Origin: Candidatus Eiseniibacteriota bacterium
Lineage (GTDB): Bacteria; Eisenbacteria; RBG-16-71-46
Assembly: GCA_963717505.1 (NCBI GenBank)
Contig: OY970342.1
Location: forward strand, 4,000,001 to 4,064,000
Direction: 5' to 3'
Length of the DNA stretch: 64,000 bases
In this document: piece after piece, positions 1-9,983 of the stretch
Layout: the number at the start of each line of letters is the position of its first letter
How positions within the stretch are numbered: position 1 is the stretch's first letter
Position numbers and translations under genes: made by a program
The notes under the pieces: generated by a model
Databases searched by the model: none
Told to the model about the DNA's origin: nothing
The model's input: the letters and a program-made list of their open reading frames with translations, nothing else

Positions 1-441
1 CATCTGCGTGGCTATGCTGAATCCCAGACCTCCGAGCAGGTAGGCGCGCGATTCCGTCTCCGCCAGGTCGAATCGAAACAGAACCGGAATGTCGATGTAG
101 TCGAGGTCGAACGTGACCCCGTCCATCGTCGACCAGTAGGCATTTCGCTCGGTGGCCTTGGCGCCCTTCGACAGGAACGTGGGCTCGACCCGGATCCCCA
201 TCTTTTCGTTGAGCGCGAAGTCCACCACGGCGCCAGCCGCGAACGCGGAGCGCATGTCCAGGCCTTCGGCGCCTTCGATGCTCAGGTTGGCGAGATTCCA
301 ACCGGCGAGGACTCCGATGTGCCGCTCGGCGAGAGCCGGCGTCGCCGCGAGCGAAAGCGCGAGTAAGCCGGCAATCGACGGGACGAGCGAGCCGGCGAGC
401 AACAAGACGAGCTTTCTCACGGAAACACGCAGGAACTTCAT
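1..441 (-). CDS. PorT-family outer-membrane beta-barrel protein (partial, runs off window start)
   Basis: Manual translation from ATG 441: MKFLRVSVRKLVLLLAGSLVPSIAGLLALSLAATPALA|ERHIGVLAGWNLANL...GIRVEPTFLSKG...LDYIDIPVLFRF...YLLGGLGFS. Signal peptide plus porin-family motifs; GAGGGG RBS upstream. Not in the ORF track because its stop lies outside the window. Confidence 0.75.
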   Translation of the reverse strand, partial: MKFLRVSVRKLVLLLAGSLVPSIAGLLALSLAATPALAERHIGVLAGWNLANLSIEGAEGLDMRSAFAAGAVVDFALNEKMGIRVEPTFLSKGAKATERNAYWSTMDGVTFDLDYIDIPVLFRFDLAETESRAYLLGGLGFSIATQM

Positions 442-627
442 GCCGACCCCCTCGTTTCGCGTTCTGGGCGTCGAGTCATCGTGGCTCGGGCCCGGGCGCG
501 AACCCTATCGGGGCCGGCTGAGTGGTTGCAAGCGCAGCCGACGCCGTTTCACGACTTGAAGGACCCCCTGAAAGCTTTGCCCAAAGAGGACACTTTTCGG
601 TGTAGTCCGCAGCGATAGTTGTGGACT

Positions 628-653
628 TTGCCCCCCCCCCCCCTGGGTATCGT
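628..653 (+). promoter_or_regulatory. Putative sigma70 promoter with poly-C13 tract
   Basis: TTGCCC (628-633) ... TATCGT (648-653); C13 run at 631-643; spacer is 14 nt as assembled; lies upstream of AGGAGG RBS and ATG 706. Confidence 0.35.
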
Positions 654-705
654 TCTCATGCACACGGCCGCACAAATTTCCCGACCTAATCCCAGGAGGT
701 GGGAA

Positions 706-3342
706 ATGCCTCGGCCAGTTCTCTATCGCATCGACCTCGCGCTGCTCCGTGACAAGAGCGACACCGACAAAGCGCAGGTCCCGCTTGGTCCCGCCGTCGT
801 CAGCTTCTTTCTGCAAGGCGCTACTTCGAGCAACACGAGCGGCGTGACCGTGCCAACCGGAAGTTCGACGATTGAGGTATTCGACATCGGTGACGTGATG
901 GCAGGTGACGTCGTTCAGGCGGGAGTGGATGGCACCGCGATCACGGTCACAGCGGTGGACAGTCCCACCCTACTCACGGTGTCCAATGGCGGTGCGGCAT
1001 TCACGCTCAACCCGCGCACCCGACTCATCATGCTCACGCGTCGGCCCGAACTCTACTCCGATCCGCTCGGCACGGCGCCGATCGGGCCCAACCTGCTGTC
1101 CGATGCCACCGGCCGAGCTCAGGGCTACATCAGCCGATCGCGCTATGACTACATCGTGCAAGCCAACACGCGGGACAAGGCCGAACTTGTCAGCGCCTCC
1201 TCGGGCAGCGGCGCTGCAGTGAACGCGCTCACGTGGAACCATGCCTCCTCGGGCAGCGACCGGATCCTTTTTGTCGCCGTGACGCTGGCGCCTGCTCCCG
1301 ATGAGGCGATCATCGAGTCGGTGACGTACGCGGGAATCCGGCTGACGTTCGTCGGCGAAACTGCGAACCTCAAACTCTACCGGCTATTCGAGCCTCCCGT
1401 GGGAACCTATCCCGTCGTCGTGCAACTCACGCCGTCCAGCTCAGGGAACGTCGTGGGTGGCGCAGTGACCGCAGCGGGTGTGGATCCGACGACTTTTATC
1501 GCCCCGGCAGCGGCCACGGGTTCCTCCTCGTTGACGAGCGTGACCCTGAACTCTGTCGCCGCCAAGAGCATGACCTTCGCGATGGTTGCGGTCGCAGATC
1601 AGTCGACGGGGGTATCGGTCACGTCTGGGAGCAGCCAAACGGAGCGGTGGGATGCAACCGCCGGTACGTCGGTGCCAACCATCGTGACCAGCGCGGGAGC
1701 AACCAAGGAAATACCTGGGGCTGGCAATCAGGCGCTAGGTTTCATCTTGAGCGAGTCCCGGCCATGGCAGACGTTGGCGACTGAGCTCCGCTACCTGAGC
1801 GAAAAACTCTCTCTGTCGCGGCTATACATCGACGCGGTCGGCGGCACACAGCCTTCACCCGCCTGGGTGAATGCCCGGGACTTTTCGACGATTCAGGCGG
1901 CGATCGATTCCCTGCCCGCCACGGGCGGTGTCGTATACGCGCCCTCGGGCACCTACAACGTCACGACCACCACGATTCCTGAGAACAAACCGGTCCATCT
2001 CATGGGCGATGGCGCCGACCGCACGATCCTGTTCTGCGCCGATCCTGAGCTGGACATCCTTCGCATCGAAAGCAGCCTGACGACCATCGAGAACCTGACG
2101 ATCAAGGGCCCGTACCTCGTACCTTCGGAACCCAATATCAGGGGAAGAGGTGTTGTGATCGGCATTCCTGGCAACACGATCGATGCATTGCGCCGCGTGT
2201 CGATCATCGGCTGCCGAATAGTCGACACGGCCAGCTGGGCGCTGTATCTGAGAGGCACAGGTGACTCCGTCCCGGTAGATCCGGAACGGCTACTGATTTG
2301 GGGTCAGTTCGAGCGCACGGACTTTCAGCACAACCGTACCGGTGGACTGGTCGAGGTCCGGGTTGGCAACAACGGCAACGCGTTCAAGAACTGTTCCTTC
2401 ACCCAGTTCCATGGCCCCGCCCTGAACGCGTTCGGGGCGTCCTCCCTCTCACTTCAGACCTGCACGTTCGAAGACAAGCTCGATGACGCTGTCGCCTACG
2501 TCATGCTCGACTCCGACAACAACGTCCTTCTGGATTCGTGCTGGTTTGAGCAGCATTTCTCGGAGGACCTGACCAAGCCGTTCATCCACGTCGGGGTTGC
2601 AAACGCTTGCCACGAGGTTGCTATCCACAACTGCCGCTTCGTTCGACAGACCGGGGACCTACCACGACTCATTCAGGTGGACAGCAATTCCAAAGGCGTC
2701 TCGATCGTCAATCCGACGTGCCACATGGTCAAGGCACCGAAGCTATTCGCGCTTCGCGTGAACGGGCCCGACGACGAGAAGGACATCAACATCGTTGGAC
2801 AATCCGAGGTGTACTTGTCGGGAGCCGTGATCACCAGCGACGTGAGCACAATACCTGCCGTGGTTGTTGCCTCGGCCACCGGTGTTGTGACCGCGGGTCT
2901 CGGGCCACGGACCACGCCACCCCACCTCTCCGAGACTCAGCGCGATGATCCTCTGAGTCTTGCCCTAGACAGGAAGCATGGGGATACGATCTACAACACC
3001 AACCTCGAACGCCTGCAGGAATGGAGTGGGACCGACTGGCTACCAGTGCGGGTCACGCCATCGGGAACGGGGGACAACGTTACTGGGACCGTCTACAGCG
3101 GCACCGGCCTGGCACGTGTCAGTGCGTACGTGACCCGCAGCGGGGCTGGGACGGTCGAGCTGAAGATCGAATGGACCGACTCCGTCGGGGCACGCTCCGC
3201 GACCATCGCCCTAGCCCCGTCCCCTGGATCCGACTTCGCGCAGGGTCAACTCGTCGTCACAAGTGAAGGCGCGGTCACCTACCGCGTCATAAACCCTCTC
3301 CTGGTTCCATGGCAGGTGACCATCAGTGCCGAACAGATCTGA
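706..3342 (+). CDS. Tailspike-like protein with right-handed beta-helix (pectin lyase fold)
   Basis: AGGAGG RBS before ATG 706 (878 aa). WVNARDFSTIQAAIDSLPATGGVVYAPSGTYNV is a Pectate_lyase_3-type N-cap followed by beta-helix repeats. N-terminal LYSDPLGTAPI..DATGRAQGY..RYDYIV and C-terminal TQRD..GDTIYNTNLERLQEWSGTDW resemble phage tail-fibre/spike modules. No signal peptide. Confidence 0.6.
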   Translation: MPRPVLYRIDLALLRDKSDTDKAQVPLGPAVVSFFLQGATSSNTSGVTVPTGSSTIEVFDIGDVMAGDVVQAGVDGTAITVTAVDSPTLLTVSNGGAAFTLNPRTRLIMLTRRPELYSDPLGTAPIGPNLLSDATGRAQGYISRSRYDYIVQANTRDKAELVSASSGSGAAVNALTWNHASSGSDRILFVAVTLAPAPDEAIIESVTYAGIRLTFVGETANLKLYRLFEPPVGTYPVVVQLTPSSSGNVVGGAVTAAGVDPTTFIAPAAATGSSSLTSVTLNSVAAKSMTFAMVAVADQSTGVSVTSGSSQTERWDATAGTSVPTIVTSAGATKEIPGAGNQALGFILSESRPWQTLATELRYLSEKLSLSRLYIDAVGGTQPSPAWVNARDFSTIQAAIDSLPATGGVVYAPSGTYNVTTTTIPENKPVHLMGDGADRTILFCADPELDILRIESSLTTIENLTIKGPYLVPSEPNIRGRGVVIGIPGNTIDALRRVSIIGCRIVDTASWALYLRGTGDSVPVDPERLLIWGQFERTDFQHNRTGGLVEVRVGNNGNAFKNCSFTQFHGPALNAFGASSLSLQTCTFEDKLDDAVAYVMLDSDNNVLLDSCWFEQHFSEDLTKPFIHVGVANACHEVAIHNCRFVRQTGDLPRLIQVDSNSKGVSIVNPTCHMVKAPKLFALRVNGPDDEKDINIVGQSEVYLSGAVITSDVSTIPAVVVASATGVVTAGLGPRTTPPHLSETQRDDPLSLALDRKHGDTIYNTNLERLQEWSGTDWLPVRVTPSGTGDNVTGTVYSGTGLARVSAYVTRSGAGTVELKIEWTDSVGARSATIALAPSPGSDFAQGQLVVTSEGAVTYRVINPLLVPWQVTISAEQI

Positions 3343-3379
3343 CGAACGATTCACGGCTTCGAAAGGTTCGTGTTCCAGC

Positions 3380-4789
3380 GTGAGTATTCGGCATCTGCGA
3401 TCGGGCCGCGCAGTGCTGTGTTGCGGGGCGCTTGCCTTCATCGGGGTTCTCGTCCCATCTCAGGCTCCAGCCGAGTTGTTTTCGGCGCCTTCGTTTTACG
3501 CGGTGAGCCGACCATGGGACTCCCCCGTGTTTGATGCGAATCGCGACGGCCTCCTTGACCTCCTGGTCACGCAGATGCATGTCGATTCCGCGACTGTCTT
3601 CCACAATGTTGGCAACGGACTTCTGGTGAAATCATGGTCGTTACGGCCGGCGAGTAGCCCTGCCGGTGCGATCGCCGGCGACTTCAACGGTGACTCGTTC
3701 GACGATATCGCGATCGCCTGCATCCACGACACGTTGGCAGTCCTCCTTTCCCGTCCGGACGGAGGGTTTTCGCACACGAAGTACTACGCCAACGGACGGA
3801 TCGTAGGCATAGCGAGTGGAGACTTCAATAGCGATGGATCGCCGGATCTGGTGCTCGCCGGATCCGACTATGGCATCGTGCACCTGTGGAGAAATGATGG
3901 TTCTGGAGGATTCTGGTTTTGGACCAGCTATGTCAGGGGCGGAAGTATCCAGACCGTGGCGACTGGCGATTTCGATCGCGACGGCTTTCTCGATGTGGCC
4001 GCCTCGAACACATGGTCTACGACATTGCTGGTATTGCGTGGCCCCGCGCTAAGCCCCACATACGCCGCGGCCTCGGATGCGCAAACTGGGGTGGTTGCGG
4101 CTGACTTCGATGGCGACGGGTTCCTGGACCTCGTTGCGGCGAGCTACTACCACTACTCCATCTTCTTGTTGCGCGGCCGCGGCGACGGAACGTTCGAACT
4201 GCCCGCTGAGATCTGGCTCTCTGGCTACCCCTACCGACTTGAGGTTGCAGATTTCAATCTCGACGGGCGTCGCGACCTAGCTGTCTCGAGCGATGGAAAG
4301 GTTCTGATCCTGATAGGCAACGGTGATTGTACGTTCGCAGCTCCCCTAGAGGTCCTCCTGCCATCACCATACGACTATGCGCTGGCACGGGCAGGAGACC
4401 TCGACGGGAACGGGTCGCCGGACCTCGTCGTTTGCCAGACCTTCAGCGACACAGTCGCGGTGTTCCTGAATACCATGGGAGGAGTCACCAGCGTGCAGGA
4501 TGGCAGCTCGGGCCTTGGCATCACGAATCCTTTGCGCGCGACCGTGATGCCGAATCCCGCGATCGGTCACTTCTCGGTGGCGGTTAGCTTGCCAGAGGCG
4601 GGATCAGCACGCCTGGAGCTTCTGGACGTCCAAGGTCGGCTGATCGAGTCCCGTGACGTAGGACCGTCCGGATCGGGCCGCCACACGGTGTCGATCGGAT
4701 CTCAGAGCCATCTGCGACCAGGGATCTACCTAGTTCGGCTTCGTAAGGGGAACCGCGTCGTGACGACGAGAGCTTGTCTCATCGACTAA
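3380..4789 (+). CDS. FG-GAP/VCBS repeat beta-propeller protein with T9SS C-terminal sorting domain
   Basis: Seven repeats of the GDFNGDGxxDL type; signal peptide ending ..SQAPA; C-terminus MPNPAIG...LLDVQGRLI...LRPGIYLVRL is a type A T9SS CTD. Start (GTG 3380) uncertain. Confidence 0.85.
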   Translation: MSIRHLRSGRAVLCCGALAFIGVLVPSQAPAELFSAPSFYAVSRPWDSPVFDANRDGLLDLLVTQMHVDSATVFHNVGNGLLVKSWSLRPASSPAGAIAGDFNGDSFDDIAIACIHDTLAVLLSRPDGGFSHTKYYANGRIVGIASGDFNSDGSPDLVLAGSDYGIVHLWRNDGSGGFWFWTSYVRGGSIQTVATGDFDRDGFLDVAASNTWSTTLLVLRGPALSPTYAAASDAQTGVVAADFDGDGFLDLVAASYYHYSIFLLRGRGDGTFELPAEIWLSGYPYRLEVADFNLDGRRDLAVSSDGKVLILIGNGDCTFAAPLEVLLPSPYDYALARAGDLDGNGSPDLVVCQTFSDTVAVFLNTMGGVTSVQDGSSGLGITNPLRATVMPNPAIGHFSVAVSLPEAGSARLELLDVQGRLIESRDVGPSGSGRHTVSIGSQSHLRPGIYLVRLRKGNRVVTTRACLID

Positions 4790-4952
4790 GCCCCGAAGCA
4801 AGGGCCGCGCGTCGCTCAAGACGACGGCGCGCAAGCTGCGCCAGGAATCTAGCTGGGTCAATTGATTCAAGGACCGCGTGGTCACCGCCAGGGCCACCCT
4901 AGCGAAGTGAACAGGAGTCACCTACCGGCCGCAACTCAGGACGGAGGAACTC

Positions 4953-5300
4953 ATGAATACCAAGGCAAGCGGCACCCGGTTCGATCTCCAGGGCGCCATC
5001 GATGCGCTGCCCCCGGAAGGTGGAACCATCTCCATCCCGCCCGGGAACTATCGCTTGGAAGACGCCCTGCGCCTCCGCCGAAGGAACGCCCGCTTGACCG
5101 GTGCGGGCGCCGACTCGACACGGATCGCCAGCGTGGACCCATCCGCCCCGGTCGTCACGGTCGAGCAAGATTCTTGCACGATCGAGGGGCTACATATCGG
5201 CCATGCGCCCGGTCAAGCCGCGATCGAGATCAGGCCGGAGGGGAAAGACGCTGAGATCCGGGACGTTTCGATCGAGGGCACGCCTCTCGAAGATATTTGA
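4953..5300 (+). CDS. Small protein consisting of a beta-helix N-cap fragment
   Basis: GGAGG RBS; DLQGAIDALPPEGGTISIPPGNYRL...LTGAGADSTRI parallels the N-cap of the 706-3342 protein; only 115 aa. Confidence 0.65.
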   Translation: MNTKASGTRFDLQGAIDALPPEGGTISIPPGNYRLEDALRLRRRNARLTGAGADSTRIASVDPSAPVVTVEQDSCTIEGLHIGHAPGQAAIEIRPEGKDAEIRDVSIEGTPLEDI

Positions 5301-5342
5301 GGCGCTATGCGTCCGAGAGGTGACGGCCACCGCGTAGGAATC

Positions 5343-5377
5343 CACTCACGGCCCGGCGTCAACGCGGGCCGTGGGTG
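5343..5377. terminator. Hairpin between convergent genes
   Basis: CACTCACGGCCCG...CGGGCCGTGGGTG inverted repeat between the plus-strand block and the minus-strand TPR gene; no clear U-tract. Confidence 0.35.
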
Positions 5378-5411
5378 TTGGTTCGCCGCCTCCCCTGTTT
5401 GCGTCGCCGAT

Positions 5412-6611
5412 CTAGGCTCGCGCCCACGCCAGGCCGCGTGCGATTTCCAGCGGCGTGCGTTGGGTGACCTCCTCGCCGGGTTTCCGGCTCCCGCGCGCAG
5501 CGCGGTCGAGATCCGGGTAATCGGGATAGAGTGCCGCGTGCCGGAGCAGGATCTGCCGGACGGCGTCGTCGCCCTCGGCGGCCACCGCCAGCGTCGCCCC
5601 CGAGAACGCGGCCGGCTCGCGATGGCGCACGGTGGCCTGACGCGCGAGGCGCGCCGCCTCGTCGCCGTCGCCCATGCGGAACCGCAGCAGGGCAAGCGCC
5701 TGCCACGCCAGGGCGTAGGTGCGATTGCGCGCGAGTGCTCGCTCGAACGCGTTGCGCGCCGAGGCGACGTTGCCGGCGCGTTCGTAGGCGAGCCCGGCCC
5801 AGAACCTCAGGTCGGCGTACTCGCCGAACCTGCCGATCGCGTGGTCGAATCCGCGTGCCGCCTCGGCGGCGGCGCCATGGGCCAGGCGCTCGCGACCCTG
5901 GATCAGCGCCGCGCGCGATCCACCGGTCCCGATCGAGCGTGCGACCTCGACGTGGGGCGCCGCCTCGGCGGTAGCACCCAGGTCGAGCAACAGCTCGGCG
6001 AGCGCCAGCCGCGCTTCGAGGGCTGCGGGTTCCTGTGCGATGCGCCGATCGAGGGCGGCCCGCACGCGCGCCGTCTCCTCGCCCAGTATCGGGTCACGCC
6101 ACAGTCGCCACGGCGAGGCGGCATCGGCAATCCCAGCGGGAAACGCTTCGGCCATCGGTGCTGCGCGAGCCAGGGCGCGCACCGCAGGGCCACGTTCGCC
6201 GGCCGTCTCGTGACATGCCGAGCGCATCAGCGCGGTGGTCGCCGAGCGATGGCCCGACCGCTCCAGCCAGTCCAGCTCGGCCAGGGCGGCGCCGATCCGG
6301 CCCGAGCGCTCGTACAGCCGGGCGCGCAGGTAGCGCAACTCGGCACGCGCGGGATCGCGCGCCAGCGCTCGCTCGACGGCCTGGGCGGCATCCGAGAAAC
6401 GCTGGGCGTGGTAGAGCGAGCGCACGTGGTCGGCGCGCGCCGCCACCGCGCGTAGCCGAGCCCGCGCGGCACGCGGGTCGCCATCGCCATAGGCGCGCAC
6501 CTCACGCTCGAGATCCTCGGCGATCGATGCGAAGTGATCCGCCAACGGTGCATCGAACCCCGGATCCGGGACTTCGGGATCCGGAACGGAATACGGGCTC
6601 AGGGCAGTCAT
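5412..6611 (-). CDS. Tetratricopeptide repeat protein
   Basis: ATG 6611 [10 protein letters not shown]...; repeated TPR helices ([50 protein letters not shown]); directly downstream of ftsZ. Confidence 0.75.
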   Translation of the reverse strand: MTALSPYSVPDPEVPDPGFDAPLADHFASIAEDLEREVRAYGDGDPRAARARLRAVAARADHVRSLYHAQRFSDAAQAVERALARDPARAELRYLRARLYERSGRIGAALAELDWLERSGHRSATTALMRSACHETAGERGPAVRALARAAPMAEAFPAGIADAASPWRLWRDPILGEETARVRAALDRRIAQEPAALEARLALAELLLDLGATAEAAPHVEVARSIGTGGSRAALIQGRERLAHGAAAEAARGFDHAIGRFGEYADLRFWAGLAYERAGNVASARNAFERALARNRTYALAWQALALLRFRMGDGDEAARLARQATVRHREPAAFSGATLAVAAEGDDAVRQILLRHAALYPDYPDLDRAARGSRKPGEEVTQRTPLEIARGLAWARA

Positions 6612-6669
6612 GGTAGGTCGGGGCGGGGCGCGACCACGCAGGTTCCGCGGATCGCGCCCTCCGCTCCTC

Positions 6670-7800
6670 TCAGTCCATGCCCTTGCGCAGGAACGCCGGC
6701 ACTTCGAGCGACGAGCCACGGTCGTTGCGCGACCAACGGCTGCCGTTCTCTTCGTTGCGGCGCCACTGCGGCGAGCGCAACTCCTCGCCCTGCACGGCCT
6801 CGCGCGCCTGCTTGTCGACCAGGCGCAGCCGTGGCTCGGTGTGGCCGAACCCGGTGGCGACCACGGTGATCACCATCTCGCCGTCCATGTTGGGATCGAT
6901 CACCGCGCCGAAGATCACGTTGGCTTCCTCGCCCGCCGCGCTCGACCACGACGCTCGACGCCTCGTTGACCTCGTGCAGCGTGAGGTCGCGGCCGCCGGT
7001 GATGTTGACCAGCACGCCCTCGGCGCCCGCGATCGAGACGTCCTCGAGCAGCGGGCTCGACACCGCCATCTGCGCCGCCTCGACCGCGCGGTTCGGGCCC
7101 GTGGCGCGGCCGGTGCCCATCAGCGCGTTGCCGCGGTTCGACATCACCGCCTTGACGTCGGCGAAGTCGAGGTTGACGAGCCCCGGCACCGTGACCAGGT
7201 CCGAGATGCCCTTGGTCGCCTTGAGCAGCACCTCGTCGCACGACGCTGAACGCGTCGGTCAGCGAGGTGCCCTGCTCGACCACCGCGAGCAGCCGCTCGT
7301 TGGGGATCACGATCAGCGTGTCGACTTCGGCGCGCAGCTCGGCGAGTCCCTCGTCGGCCTGGCGCATGCGGCGCCGGCCCTCGAACGGGAACGGCTTGGT
7401 CACGACCGCCACGGTGAGCGCACCCGTGCGCTTGGCCAGGCGCGCCACCACCGGCGCCGCGCCGGTGCCGGTGCCGCCGCCCATGCCGGCGGTGATGAAC
7501 ACCATGTCGCTGTCGGCGAGCGCGTCGGCGATCGCCTGCTCGTCCTCTTCCGCCGCGCGCCGGCCCTGCGACGGGATCGCCGCCCGAGCCGAGCCCGCGC
7601 GTGGTGGTGGCGCCGATCTGGATGCGGGTCGGCGCCAGCGACTGGTTGAGCGCCTGCATGTCGGTGTTGGCGGCGATGAAGTCCACGCCGCGCAGCCCGG
7701 CGCCGATCATGCGGTTGACGGCGTTGCCGCCCGCGCCGCCGACGCCGACCACCTTGAGCTCGGCGGTCATCGTGTTCTCGATTTCCAGTTCGAACGACAT
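6670..7800 (-). CDS. ftsZ: Cell division protein FtsZ (frameshifted in assembly)
   Basis: [49 protein letters not shown]-terminal LEVPAFLRK, spread over 4 ORF pieces. Confidence 0.97.
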
Positions 7801-7869
7801 GTCACGCTCCCTGTGTTGCGGAGGGCCGGCGCCGGGCGTTCCGGCGATCCCGTCCCCCACCGTCCTTGG

Positions 7870-9124
7870 CTAGTGGTACAGAAGGTTCATGAACCATTGG
7901 CGCAAATCCCGCCCGCTGCGGCGTCCGGGCGCGATCGCGCGATCTCGATGTCCGTTGGTCTCCGCGACCTCCTGCGCGCCGCGTGCAGCACGAGCCCCAC
8001 GCCGGTCGAGTAGCGCGGGTCGGCGACGTTGGCGGCCAGGCCACCGAGCCCCTGCGGGCACGCCCAGCCGCACCGGCATCTCGAACACCTGCTCCGCCAG
8101 CTCGACGACCCCCGGCATCAGCGACGTGCCGCCGGTGAGCACGACGCCGCCGCCGAGCAGCTCGGCGAAGTGGTTCTTCTTCACTTCCTTGTTGGCGAGC
8201 GCGAAGATCTCCTCCATGCGCGGCTCGATCATCGAGGCCAGCACGTGGCGCGAGATCTCGCGGTCGGCGCGGCCGCCGACGCCCGAGACGCGTGACCGTC
8301 GTCCTCGGCGGGCACCAGCGAGGCCAGCGCGCAGCCGTGCTGGATCTTGATCGGCTCGGCCTTGTCGATCGGCGTGCGCAGCCCGATCGCGATGTCGTTG
8401 GTCACGTTCGCGCCGCCGAACGGGATGATCGCCGTGTGGCGGATCGAGCCCTCGAAGAACACCGCGACGTCGGTGGTGCCGCCGCCGATGTCGAGCAGCA
8501 CGACGCCGAGGTCGCGCTCGTCCGGCGCCGAGCACCGCGTGGCTCGAGGCCAGCGGCTCGAGCACCAGGTCGTAGCACCTTGAGCCCGGCGCGCTGGATC
8601 GCGCGGCAGATGTTCTTCGCCGAGGTCACCGCGCCGGTGATGATGTGGACCTCGGCCTCGAGCCGCACGCCGCTCATGCCGACCGGGTCCTTGATGCCGT
8701 CCTGGTCGTCGACGATGAACTCCTGCGGGATGACGTGGATGATCTCGCGGTCCATCGGGATCGCGATCGCCTTGGCGGCCTCGACCACGCGGTCGACGTC
8801 GGCCGGCGCCGATCTCGTTGTCCTTGCGCGAGACCGCGATCACGCCGCGGCTGTTGATGCTGCGGATGTGGTCGCCGGCGATGCCGGCGTACACGCCCTT
8901 GACCGGCACGCCCGGCCATGCGCTCGGCCTCGTCGACCGCGCGCTGGATGCTGCCGACCGTCTTCTCGAGGTCGACCACCACGCCGCGGCGCAGCCCCTC
9001 GCTCGGCGCGTTGCCGATGCCGACCACGCGCAGCTCGCTCGCCGCCGTTCTGGTCGGCGATGATGCACGAGATCTTGGTCGTGCCGATGTCGAGCCCGAC
9101 GAACGTCCGTGTCCCCTGTGCCAT
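7870..9124 (-). CDS. ftsA: Cell division protein FtsA (frameshifted)
   Basis: VGLDIGTTKISCII, REIIHVIPQEFIVDDQDGIKDPVGMSGVRLE, LDIGGGTTD, GVVLTGG. Confidence 0.96.
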
Positions 9125-9146
9125 GTTCGCCTCCCTGTCGGTAGTT

Positions 9147-9983
9147 TCAGCTCGTAGGAGATCCGGCGTCCGCGCGGTCGCATCCGGTCTCGGCCGGCCT
9201 CACGATCACCTGGTCCTGAACCGCACGTCCACTTCGTGCGCCGGGCGCCGCGCTGCTCGAGATCGGCCAGCACCACCCGCAGCGCCGACAGCGCGCGCAC
9301 GTCCGGCGGCCACGCCGGCGCCAGCACGCGCGTGCCATTCATCAGCAGGAGCGCGGTCGAGCGCTCCGTCGGAGACGTCGATCTCCGACACCCGTCCGGC
9401 GAGCTGCAGCTCGCGGGCCGACAGCGCCGACACCCACGCGAGCCCGCGGCGCACGTCCGCGGTGCGACCTGAGCGCCTGCCGGGCAGGGCCGCGAACGTC
9501 GGCGCCGGTCAGCAGCGGCACGTCGGCGACCACGCCATCGCCGCAGCGGCGCCAGCAGCACGCCGGTCGAGTCGATCTCCCACGGCACGCCGTGCCGCAC
9601 CAGCAGCACCGGACGTCGCTCGGCAATCGTGATCCGCAGCGAGCGCAGGCCCGACGCGCGCAACGCGCGCCTCGCCGATGCGCGGCTCGAGCAGCAGCTT
9701 CTGGCGGGCGCGGTCGCAGGTCGAGCGTCCAGGAGGTCCGTCGCCGGCGGCCAGACCCGCGAGCTTGGCGACGCGCTCCGGCGTCGAGGTAGCGCGCGCC
9801 GCGCGACGTCGCACCTCGCGTCACGACCGCCCAGCGTTCGCGCGCTTCCGCCCAGGGCAGGTGGACCAGCACGGCGCCGAGCCCCAGGACTCCGAGCACC
9901 TGGAGGATGCGCATCGGAAGACCGACTCGCCGCACCCGGCGCGGCTCGCGGCGCAGCGCGCGTCCCTGGTAGAGCGGCGTCAT
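9147..9983 (-). CDS. ftsQ: Cell division protein FtsQ/DivIB (frameshifted)
   Basis: Position murC-ftsA; single TM then POTRA-like segment (LLLEPRIGEARV..LRITIAERRPV, WEIDSTGVLL, VSEIDVSD). Confidence 0.8.

Noticed and set aside
706-5300. Prophage
   Set aside because: No structural, packaging, replication, lysis or integrase genes; flanked by host-type genes.
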